DNA of 64,000 nt from positions 27,578,123 through 27,642,122 of the forward strand of contig CP154954.1 in assembly GCA_039621445.1 (NCBI GenBank), written 5' to 3'. The notes under the pieces were generated by a model. The model worked only from the letters and a program-made list of their open reading frames with translations. It had not been told where the DNA came from and made no database searches. Both the position numbers and the translations under genes were made by a program. The DNA comes from Euglena gracilis. Lineage: Eukaryota. Positions 37,601 to 49,500 of this stretch are shown here, one piece after another (the first letter of the stretch is position 1; each line of letters opens with the position of its first letter).

Positions 37601-40600
37601 GACACTTTGGACAAAGTGGCCTTGGCCAGGGACACTTTGGTCAAAGTGGCCTTGGCCAGGGACACCTTGGTCAAAGTGGCCTTGGACAGGGGCACTTTGG
37701 TCAAAGTGGCCTTGGCCAGGGACACTTTGGTCAAAGTGGCCTCAGCCAGGGACACTTTGGTCAACGTGGCCTTGGCCAGGGACACCTTGGTCAAAGTGGC
37801 CTTGGCCAGGGACACTTTGGACAAAGTGGCCTTGGCCAGGGACACTTTGGTCAAAGTGGCCTTGGCCAGGGACACCTTGGTCAAAGTGGCCTTGGACAGG
37901 GGCACTTTGGTCAAAGTGGCCTTGGCCAGGGACACGTTGGTCAAAGTGGCCTTGACCAGGGACACTTTGGTCAAAGTGGCCTTGGCCAGGGACATTTTGG
38001 TCAAAGTGGCCTTGGCCAGGGACAGTTTGGTCAACGTGGCCTTGGCCAGGGACACTTTGGTCAAAGTGGCCTTGGCCAGGGACACTGTGGTCAAAGTGGC
38101 CTTGGCCAGGGACACTTCGGTCAAAGTGGCCTTGGCCAGGGACATTTTGGTCAAAGTGGCCTTGGCCAGTGACACCTTGTTCAAAGTGGCCTTGGCCAGG
38201 GAAACTTTGGTCAAGGCGGCATTGTCCAGGGACACTTTGGTCAAATTTGCATTGGCCAGGGACACTTTGGTCAAAGTGGCCTTGGCCAGGGACACTTTGG
38301 TCAAAGTGGCCTTGGCCACGGACACTTTGGTCAAAGTGGCCTTGGCCAGGGACACTTTGGTCAAAGTGGCCTTGGCCAGGGACACTTTGGTCAAAGTGGC
38401 CTTGGCCAGGGACACCTTGGTCAAAGTGGCCTTGGACAGGGGCACTTTGGTCAAAGTGGCCTTGGCCAGGGACACGTTGGTCAAAGTGGCCTTGACCAGG
38501 GACACTTTGGTCAAAGTGGCCTTGGCCAGGGACATTTTGGTCAAAGTGGCCTTGGCCAGGGACACTGTGGTCAAAGTGGCCTTGGCCAGGGACACTTTGG
38601 TCAAAGTGGCCGTGGCCAGGGACATTTTGGTCAAAGTGGCCTTGGCCAGTGACACCTTGTTCAAAGTGGCCTTGGCCAGGGAAACTTTGGTCAAGGCGGC
38701 ATTGTCCAGGGACACTTTGGTCAAATTTGCATTGTCCAGGGACACTTTGGTCAAAGTGGCCTTGGCCAGGGACACTTTGGTCAAAGTGGCCTTGGCCAGG
38801 GACACTTTGGTCAAAGTGGCCTTGGCCAGGGACACTTTGGTCAAAGTGGCCTTGGCCAGGGACACCTTGGTCAAAGTGGCATTGGCCAGGGACACTTTGG
38901 TCAAAGTGCCCTTGGCCAGGGACACTTTGGTCAAAGTGGCCTTGGCCAGGGACAGTTTGGTCAAAGTGGCCTTGGCCAGGGACACTTTGGTCAAAGCGGC
39001 CTTGGCCAGGGACACTTTTATCAAAGTGGCCTTGGCCAGGGACACTTTGGTCTAAGTGGACTTGGCCAGGGACGCTTTGGTCAAAGTGGCCTTTGCCAGG
39101 GACACTTTGGTCCAAGTTGCCTTGGCCAGGGAAACTTTGGTCAAAGTGGCCTTGGCCAGGGACACTTTGGTCAAAGTGGCCTTGGCCAGGGACATTTTGG
39201 TCAAAGTGGCCTTGGCCAGTGACACCTTGGTCAAAGCGGCCTTGGCCAGGGATCCTTTGGTCAAAGTGGCCTTGGCCAGGGACACTTTGGTCAAAGTGGC
39301 ATTGGCCAGGGATACTTTGGTCAAAGTGCCCTTGGCCAGGGACACTTTGGTCAAAGTGGCCTTGGCCAGGGACACTTTGGTCAAAGTGGCCTTGGCCAGG
39401 GACACTTTGGTCAAAGTGGCCTTGGCCAGGGACACCTTGGTCAAAGTGGCATTGGCCAGGGGCAATTTGGTCAAAGTGCCCTTGGCCAGGGACACTTTGG
39501 TCAAAGTGGCCTTGGCCAGGGACAGTTTGGTCAAAGTAGCCTTGGCCAGGGACACCTTGGTCAAAGTGGCCTTGGCCAGGGACACTTTGGTCAAAGTAGC
39601 CTTGGCCAGGGACACCTTGGTCAAAGTGGCCTTGGCCAGGGACACTTTGGTCAAAGTGGCCTTGGCCAGAGACGCCTTGGTCAAAGTGGCCTTGGCCAGC
39701 GACACTTTGGTCAAAGTGGCCTTGGCCAGGGACACGTTGGTCAAAGTTGCCTTGGCCAGGGACACTTTGGTCAAAGTGGCCTTGGCCAGGGACACTTTGG
39801 TCAAAGTTGCCTTGGCCAGGGACACTTTGGTCAAAGTGATCTTCGCCAGGAACACTTTGGTCAAAGTTGCCTTGGCCAGGAACACTTTGGTCAAAGTGGC
39901 CTTGACCAGGGACACTTTGTCAAAGTGGCCTTGGCCAGGGACACTGTGGTCAAAGTGGCCTTGACCAGGGACACTTTGGTCAAAGTGGCCTTGGCCAGGG
40001 ACATTTTGGTCAAAGTGGCCTTGGCCAGGGACACTGTGGTCAAAGTGGCCTTGGCCAGGGACACTTTGGTCAAAGTGGCCGTGGCCAGGGACATTTTGGT
40101 CAAAGTGGCCTTGGCCAGTGACACCTTGTTCAAAGTGGCCTTGGCCAGGGAAACTTTGGTCAAGGCGGCATTGTCCAGGGACACTTTGGTCAAATTTGCA
40201 TTGGCCAGGGACACTTTGGTCAAAGTGGCCTTGGCCAGGGACACTTTGGTCAAAGTGGCCTTGGCCAGGGACACTTTGGTCAAAGTGGCCTTGGCCAGGG
40301 ACACTTTGGTCAAAGTGGCCTTGGCCAGGGACACCTTGGTCAAAGTGGCATTGGCCAGGGACACTTTGGTCAAAGTGCCCTTGGCCAGGGACACTTTGGT
40401 CAAAGTGGCCTTGGCCAGGGACAGTTTGGTCAAAGTGGCCTTGGCCAGGGACACTTTGGTCAAAGCGGCCTTGGCCAGGGACACTTTTATCAAAGTGGCC
40501 TTGGCCAGGGACACTTTGGTCTAAGTGGACTTGGCCAGGGACGCTTTGGTCAAAGTGGCCTTTGCCAGGGACACTTTGGTCAAAATGGCCTTGGCCAGGG

Positions 40601-42149
40601 AAACTTTGGTCAAAGTGGCCTTGGCCAGGGACACTTTGGTCAAAGTGGCCTTGGCCAGGGACATTTTGGTCAAAGTGGCCTTGGCCAGTGACACCTTGGT
40701 CAAAGCGGCCCTGGCCAGGGATCCTTTGGTCAAAGTGGCCTTGGCCAGGGACACTTTGGTCAAAGTGGCATTGGCCAGGGATACTTTGGTCAAAGTGCCC
40801 TTGGCCAGGGACACTTTGGTCAAAGTGGCCTTGGCCAGGGACACTTTGGTCAAAGTGGCCTTGGCCAGGGACACTTTGGTCAAAGTGGCCTTGGCCAGGG
40901 ACACCTTGGTCAAAGTGGCATTGGCCAGGGGCAATTTGGTCAAAGTGCCCTTGGCCAGGGACACTTTGGTCAAAGTGGCCTTGGCCAGGGACACTTTGGT
41001 CAAAGTAGCCTTGGCCAGGGACACCTTGGTCAAAGTGGCCTTGGCCAGGGACACTTTGGTCAAAGTAGCCTTGGCCAGGGACACCTTGGTCAAAGTGGCC
41101 TTGGCCAGGGACACTTTGGTCAAAGTGGCCTTGGCCAGAGACGCCTTGGTCAAAGTGGCCTTGGCCAGCGACACTTTGGTCAAAGTGGCCTTGGCCAGGG
41201 ACACGTTGGTCAAAGTTGCCTTGGCCAGGGACACTTTGGTCAAAGTGGCCTTGGCCAGGGACACTTTGGTCAAAGTTGCCTTGGCCAGGGACACTTTGGT
41301 CAAAGTGATCTTCGCCAGGAACACTTTGGTCAAAGTTGCCTTGGCCAGGAACACTTTGGTCAAAGTGGCCTTGACCAGGGACACTTTGTCAAAGTGGCCT
41401 TGGCCAGGGACACTGTGGTCAAAGTGGCCTTGGCCAGGGACACTTTGGTCAAAGTGGCCTTGGTCAGTGACACCTTGGTCAAAGTGGCCTTGGCCAGGGA
41501 CACTTTGGTCAAAGTGGCCTTGTCCAGGGACACTTTGGTCAAATTTGCCTTGGCCAGGGACACTTTGGTCACAGTGGCCTTGGCCAGGGACACTTTGGTC
41601 AAAGTGGCCTTGGCCAGGGACACTTTGGTCAAGGGACCTTGTCCAGGGACACTTTGGTCAAATTTGCCTTCACCAGGGACACTTTGGTCAAAGTGGCCTT
41701 GGCCAGGGACACTTTGGTCAACGTGGCCTTGGCCAGCGACACTGTGGTCAACGTGGCCTTGGCCAGGGACACTTTGGTCAAAGTGGCCTTGGCCAGGGAC
41801 ACTTTGGTCAAAGTGGCCTTGGCCAGGGACACTTTGGTCAAAGTGGCCTTGGCCAGGGACACTTTGGTCAACGTGGCCTTGGCCAGCAACACTGTGGTCA
41901 AAGTGGCCTTGGCCAGGGACACTTTGGTCAAAGTGGCCTTGGCCAGGGACACTTTGGTCAAAGTGGCCTTGGCCAGTGGCACCTTGGTCAAAGTGGTCTT
42001 GGCCAGGGACACTTTGGTCAAAGTGGCCTTGTCCAGGGACACTTTGGTCAAATTTGCCTTGGCCAGGGACACTTTGGTCAAAGTGGCCTTGGCCAGGGAC
42101 ACTTTGGTCAAAGTGGCCTTGGCCAGGGACACTTTGGTCAAAGCGGCCT

Positions 42150-45100
42150 TGGCCAGGGACACTTTGGTCAAAGTGGCCTTGTCCAGGGACACTTTGGTCA
42201 AGTTTGCCTTGGCCAGGGACACTTTGGTCAAACTGGCCTTGGCCAGGGACACTATGGTCAAAGTGGCCTTGGCCAGGGACACCTTGGTCAAAGTGGCCTT
42301 GGCCAGGGACACTTTGGTCAAAGTGGCCTTGGCCAGGGACACCTTGGTCAAAGTGGCCTTGGCCAGGGACACTTTGGTCAAAGTGGCCTTGGCCAGAGAC
42401 GCCTTGGTCAAAGTGGCCTTGGCCAGCGACACTTTGGTCAAAGTGGCCTTGGCCAGGGACACGTTGGTCAAAGTTGCCTTGGCCAGGGACACTTAGGTCA
42501 AAGTGGCCTTGGCCGGGGACACTTTGGTCAAAGTTGCCTTGGCCAGGGACACTTTGGTCAAAGTGATCTTCGCCAGGAACACTTTGGTCAAAGTTGCCTT
42601 GGCCAGGGACACTTTGGTCAAAGTGACCTTGACCAGGGACACTTTGTCAAAGTGGCCCTGGCCAGGGACACTGTGGTCAAAGTGGCCTTGGCCAGGGACA
42701 CTTTGGTCAAAGTGGCCTTGGTCAGTGACACCTTGGTCAAAGTGGCCTTGGCCAGGAACACTTTGGTCAAAGTGGCCTTGTCCAGGGACACTTTGGTCAA
42801 GGGACCTTGTCCAGGGACACTTTGGTCAAATTTGCCTTCACCAGGGACACTTTGGTCAAAGTGGCCTTGGCCAGGGACACTTTGGTCAAAGTGGCCTTGG
42901 CCAGGGACACTTTGGTCAAAGTGGCCTTGGCCAGGGACACTTTGGTCAAAGTGGCCTTGGCCAGGGACACTTTGGTCAAAGTGGCCTTGGCCAGGGACAC
43001 TTTGGTCAAAGTGGCCTTGGCCAGGGACACTTTGGTCAAAGTGGCCTTGGCCAGGGACACTTTGGTCAAAGTGGCCTTCGCCAGGGACACTTTGGTCAAA
43101 GTTGCCTTGGCCAGGGACACTTTGGTCAAAGTGGCCTTGGCCAGGGACACTTTGGTCAACGTGGCCTTGGCCAGCGACACCGTGGTCAACGTGGCCTTGG
43201 CCAGGGACACTTTGGTCAAAGTGGCCTTGGCCAGGGACACTTTGGTCAAAGCGGCCTTGGCCAGGGACACTTTGGTCAAAGTGGCCTTGTCCAGGCACAC
43301 TTTGGTCAAGTTTGCCTTGGCCAGGGACACTTTGGTCAAACTGGCCTTGGCCAGGGACACTATGGTCAAAGTGGCCTTGGCCAGGGACACCTTGGTCAAA
43401 GTGGCCTTGGCCAGGGACACTTTGGTCAAAGTGGCCTTGGCCAGAGACGCCTTGGTCAAAGTGGCCTTGGCCAGCGACACTTTGGTCAAAGTGGCCTTGG
43501 CCAGGGACACGTTGGTCAAAGTTGCCTTGGCCAGGGACACTTAGGTCAAAGTGGCCTTGGCCGGGGACACTTTGGTCAAAGTTGCCTTGGCCAGGGACAC
43601 TTTGGTCAAAGTGATCTTCGCCAGGAACACTTTGGTCAAAGTTGCCTTGGCCAGGGACACTTTGGTCAAAGTGACCTTGACCAGGGACACTTTGTCAAAG
43701 TGGCCCTGGCCAGGGACACTGTGGTCAAAGTGGCCTTGGCCAGGGACACTTTGGTCAAAGTGGCCTTGGTCAGTGACACCTTGGTCAAAGTGGCCTTGGC
43801 CAGGAACACTTTGGTCAAAGTGGCCTTGTCCAGGGACACTTTGGTCAAGGGACCTTGTCCAGGGACACTTTGGTCAAATTTGCCTTCACCAGGGACACTT
43901 TGGTCAAAGTGGCCTTGGCCAGGGACACTTTGGTCAAAGTGGCCTTGGCCAGGGACACTTTGGTCAAAGTGGCCTTGGCCAGGGACACTTTGGTCAAAGT
44001 GGCCTTGGCCAGGGACACTTTGGTCAAAGTGGCCTTGGCCAGGGACACTTTGGTCAAAGTGGCCTTGGCCAGGGACACTTTGGTCAAAGTGGCCTTGGCC
44101 AGGGACACTTTGGTCAAAGTGGCCTTGGCCAGTGACACCTTGGTCAAAGTGGCCTTGGCCAGGGACACTTTGGTCAAAGTGGCCTTGTCCAGGCACACTT
44201 TGGTCAAGTTTGCCTTGGCCAGGGACACTTTGGTCAAACTGGCCTTGGCCAGGGACACTATGGTCAAAGTGGCCTTGGCCAGGGACACCTTGGTCAAAGT
44301 GGCCTTGGCCAGGGACACTTTGGTCAAAGTGGCCTTGGCCAGAGACGCCTTGGTCAAAGTGGCCTTGGCCAGCGACACTTTGGTCAAAGTGGCCTTGGCC
44401 AGGGACACGTTGGTCAAAGTTGCCTTGGCCAGGGACACTTAGGTCAAAGTGGCCTTGGCCGGGGACACTTTGGTCAAAGTTGCCTTGGCCAGGGACACTT
44501 TGGTCAAAGTGATCTTCGCCAGGAACACTTTGGTCAAAGTTGCCTTGGCCAGGGACACTTTGGTCAAAGTGACCTTGACCAGGGACACTTTGTCAAAGTG
44601 GCCCTGGCCAGGGACACTGTGGTCAAAGTGGCCTTGGCCAGGGACACTTTGGTCAAAGTGGCCTTGGTCAGTGACACCTTGGTCAAAGTGGCCTTGGCCA
44701 GGAACACTTTGGTCAAAGTGGCCTTGTCCAGGGACACTTTGGTCAAGGGACCTTGTCCAGGGACACTTTGGTCAAATTTGCCTTCACCAGGGACACTTTG
44801 GTCAAAGTGGCCTTGGCCAGGGACACTTTGGTCAAAGTGGCCTTGGCCAGGGACACTTTGGTCAAAGTGGCCTTGGCCAGGGACACTTTGGTCAAAGTGG
44901 CCTTGGCCAGGGACACTTTGGTCAAAGTGGCCTTGGCCAGGGACACTTTGGTCAAAGTGGCCTTGGCCAGGGACACTTTGGTCAAAGTGGCCTTGGCCAG
45001 GGACACTTTGGTCAAAGTGGCCTTCGCCAGGGACACTTTGGTCAAAGTTGCCTTGGCCAGGGACACTTTGGTCAAAGTGGCCTTGGCCAGGGACACTTTG

Positions 45101-45350
45101 GTCAACGTGGCCTTGGCCAGCGACACCGTGGTCAACGTGGCCTTGGCCAGGGACACTTTGGTCAAAGTGGCCTTGGCCAGGGACACTTTGGTCAAAGCGG
45201 CCTTGGCCAGGGACACTTTGGTCAAAGTGGCCTTGTCCAGGCACACTTTGGTCAAGTTTGCCTTGGCCAGGGACACTTTGGTCAAACTGGCCTTGGCCAG
45301 GGACACTATGGTCAAAGTGGCCTTGGCCAGGGACACCTTGGTCAAAGTGG
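42150..45350 (+). repeat. Higher-order repeat of the 30-mer with 1048- and 898-bp periods
   Basis: Marker CTTAGGTC at 42492, 43540 and 44438. Each copy carries two 29-bp units (CTTTGTCAAAG and CAAGGGACCTTGTCC). Boundaries are approximate. Confidence 0.85.
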
Positions 45351-46500
45351 CCTTGGCCAGGGACACTTTGGTCAAAGTGGCCTTGGCCAGGGACACTTTG
45401 GTCAAAGTGGTCTTGGCCAGGGACACTTTGGTCAAAGTGGCCTTGGCCAGGGACACTTTGGTCAAAGTGGCCTTGGCCAGGGATACTTTGGACAAAGTGG
45501 CCTTGGCCAGGGACACCTTGGTCAAAGTGGCCTTGGCCAGGGACACTTTGGTCAAAGTGGCCTTGGCCAGGGACACCTTGGTCAAAGTGGCCTTAGCCAG
45601 GGACACTTTGGTCAAAGTGGCCTTGGCCAGGGACACTTTGGTCAAAGTTGCCTTGGCCATGGACACTTTGGTCAAAGTGGCCTTGGCCAGGGACACTTTG
45701 GTCAAAGTTGCCTTGGCCAGGGACACTTTGGTCAAAGTTGCCTTGACCAGGGACACTTTGGTCAAAGTGGCCTTGGCCAGGGACACTGTGGTCAAAGTGG
45801 CCTTGGCCAGGGACACTTTGGTCAAAGTGGCCTTGGCCAGTGACACCTTGGTCAAAGTGGCCTTGGCCAGGGACACTTTGGTCAAAGTGGCCTTGACCAG
45901 GGACACTTTGGTCAAAGTGGCCTTGGCCAGGGGCACTTTGGTCAAAGTGGCCTTGGCCAGGGACACTGTGGTCAAAGTGGCCTTGGCCAGGGACACTTTG
46001 GTCAAAGTGGCCTTGGCCAGGGACACTTTGGTCAAAGTGGCCTTGGCCAGGGACATTTTGGTCAAAGTGGCCTTGGCCAGTGACACCTTGGTCAAAGTGG
46101 CCTTGGCCAGGGAAACTTTGGTCAAGGCGGCCTTGTCCAGGGACACTTTGGTCAAATTTGTCTTGGCCAGGGACACTTTGGTCAAAGTGGCCTTGGCCAG
46201 GGACACTTTGGTCAAAGTGTTCTTGGCCAGGGACACTTTGGTCAAAGCGGCCTTGGCCAGGGATCCTTTGGTAAAAGTGGTCTTGGCCAGGGACACTTTG
46301 GTCAAAGTGGCATTGGCCAGGGATACTTTGGTCAAAGTGCCCTTGGCCAGGGACACTTTGGTCAAAGTGGCCTTGGCCAGGGACACTTTGGTCTAAGTGG
46401 CCTTGGCCAGGGACACTTTGGTCAAGTGGCCTTGGCCAGGGACAGTTTGGTCAAAGTGGCCTTGGCCAGGGACACTTTGGTCAAAGTGGCCTTGGCCAGG

Positions 46501-49500
46501 GACACTTTTATCAAAGTGGCCTTCGCCAGGGACACTTTGGTCAAACTGGCCTTCGCCAGGGACACTTTGGTCAAACTGGCCTTCGCCAGGGACACTTTGG
46601 TCAAAGTTGCCTTGGCCAGGGACACTTTGGTCAAAGTGGCCTTGGCCAGGGACAGTTTGGTCAAAGTGGCCTTGGCCAGGGACACTTTGGTCAAAGTGGC
46701 ATTGGCCAGGGATACTTTGGTTAAAGTGCCCTTGGCCAGGGACACTTTGGTCAAAGTGGCCTTGGCCAGGGACACTTTGGTCAAAGTTGCCTTGGCCAGG
46801 GACACTTTGGTCAAAGTGGCCTTGGCCAGGGACAGTTTGGTCAAAGTGGCCTTGGCCAGGGACACTTTGGTCAAAGTGGCCTTGGCCAGGGACACTTTTA
46901 TCAAAGTGGCCTTCGCCAGGGACACTCTGGTCAAACTGGCCTTGGCCAGGGACACTTTGGTCAAACTGGCCTTCGCCAGGGACACTTTGGTCAAAGTTGC
47001 CTTGGCCAGGGACACTTTGGTCAAAGTGGCCTTGGCCAGGGACATTTTGGTCAAAGTGGCCTTGGCCAGTGACACCTTGGTCAAAGTGGCCTTGGCCAGG
47101 GAAACTTTGGTCAAAGTGGCCTTGGCCAGGGACACTGTGGTCAAAGTGGCCTTGGCCAGGGACACTTTGGTCAAAGTGGCCTTGGCCAGGGACACTTTGG
47201 TCAAAGTGGCCTTGGCCAGGGACAATTTGGTCAACGTGGCCTTGGCCAGGGACACTTTGGTCAAAGTGGCCTTGGCCAGGGACACTTTGGTCAAAGTGCC
47301 CTTGGCCAGGGACACTTTGGTCAAAGTGGCCTTGGCCAGGGACACTTTGGTCAAAGTGGCGTTGTCCAGGGACACTTTGGTCAAAAATGGCATTGGCCAG
47401 GGACACTTTGGTCAACGTGCCCTTGGCCAGGGACACTTTGGACAAAGTGGCCTTGGCCAGGGACACTTTGGTCAAAGCGGCCTTGGACAGGGATCCTTTG
47501 GTCAAAGTGGCCTTGGCCAGGGACACTTTGGTCAAAGTAGCATTGGCCAGGGACACTCTGGTCAACGTGCCCTTGGCCAGGGACACTTTGGTCAAAGTGG
47601 CCTTGGCCAGGGACACTTTGGTCAAATTGGCCTTGGCCAGGGACACTTTGGTCAAAGTGGCCTTGGCCAGGGACACTTTGGTCAAAGTGGCCTTGGCCAG
47701 GGACACTTTGGTCAAAGTGGCCTTGGCCAGGGACACTTTGGTCAAAGTGGCCTTGGCCAGGGACACTTTGGTCAAAGTGGCCTTGGCCAGGGACACTTTG
47801 GTCAAAGTGGCCTTGGCCAGGGACACTTTGGTCAAAGTGGCCTTGGCCAGGGATCCTTTGGTCAAAGTGGCCTTGGCCAGGGACACTTTGGTCAAAGTGG
47901 CCTTGGCCAGGGACACTTTGGTCAAAGTTGCCTTGGCCAGGGATCCTTTGGTCAAAGTGGCCTTCGCCAGGGACACTTTGGTCAGAGTGGCATTGGCCAG
48001 GGACACTTTGGTCAAAGTGGCCTTGGCCAGGGACACTTTGGTCAAAGTGGCCTTGGCCAGGGACACTTTGGTCAAAGTGGCCTTGGCCAGGGACACTTTG
48101 GTCAAAGTGGCCTTGGCCAGGGACACTTTGGTCAAAGTGGCCTTGGCCAGGGACACTTTGGTCAAAGTGACCTTGGCCCGGGACACTTTGGTCAAAGCGG
48201 CCTTGGCCAGGGACACTTTGGTCAATGTGGCCTTGGCCAGGGACACTTTGGTCAAAGTGGCCTTGGCCAGGGACACTTTGGTCAAAGTGGCCTTGGCCAG
48301 GGACACTTTGGTCAAAGTGGCCTTGGCCAGGGACACTTTGGTCAACGTGCCCTTGGCCAGGGACACTTTGGTCAGAGTGGCCTTGGCCAGGGACACTTTG
48401 GTCAGAGTGGCATTGGCCAGGGACACTTTGGTCAAAGTGGCCTTGGCCAGGGACACTTTGGTCAAAGCGGCCTTGGCCAGGGACACTTTGGTCAAAGCGG
48501 CCTTGGGCAGGGGTCCTTTGGTCAAAGTGGCCTTGGCCAGGGACACTTTGGTCAAAGTGGACTTGGCTAGGGACACTTTGGTCAAAGTGGGATTCGCCAG
48601 GGACACTTTGGTCAAAGTGGCTTTGGCCAGGGACACTTTGGTCAAAGTGGCCTTGGCCAGGGACACTTTGGTCAAAGTGGCCTTGGCCAGGGACACTTTG
48701 GTCAAAGTGGCCTTGGCCAGGGACACTTTGGTCAACGTGCCCTTGGCCAGGGACACTTTGGTCAAAGTGGCCTTGGCCAGGGACACTTTGGTCAAATTGG
48801 CCTTGGCCAGGGACACTTTGGTCAAAGTGGCCTTGGCCAGGGACACTTTGGTCAACGTGCCCTTGGCCAGGGACACTTTGGTCAAAGTGGCCTTGGCCAG
48901 GGACACTTTGGTCAAAGTGGCCTTGGCCAGGGACACTTTGGTCAAAGTGGCCTTGGCCAGGGACACTTTGGTCAAAGTGGCCTTGGCCAGGGACACTTTG
49001 GTCAAAGTGGCCTTGGCCAGGGACACTTTGGTCAAAGTGGCCTTGGCCAGGGACACTTTGGTCAAAGTGGCCTTGGCCAGGGACACTTTGGTCAAAGTGG
49101 CCTTGGCCAGGGATCCTTTGGTCAAAGTGGCCTTGGCCAGGGACACTTTGGTCAAAGTGGCCTTGGCCAGGGACACTTTGGTCAAAGTGGCCTTGGCCAG
49201 GGATCCTTTGGTCAAAGTGGCCTTGGCCAGGGATCCTTTGGTCAAAGTGGCCTTCGCCAGGGACACTTTGGTCAGAGTGGCATTGGCCAGGGACACTTTG
49301 GTCAAAGTGGCCTTGGCCAGGGACACTTTGGTCAAAGTGGCCTTGGCCAGGGACACTTTGGTCAAAGTGGCCTTGGCCAGGGACACTTTGGTCAAAGTGG
49401 CCTTGGCCAGGGACACTTTTATCAAAGTGGCCTTCGCCAGGGACACTTTGGTCAAACTGGCCTTCGCCAGGGACACTTTGGTCAAACTGGCCTTCGCCAG

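Noticed and set aside
48590-48599. 30-mer variant GGATTCGCCA equals the reverse complement of spacer TGGCGAATCC (5077-5086)
   Set aside because: It is explained by combining two variants already common in the array (GGGATT and TTCGCC). A 10-bp match is too weak.
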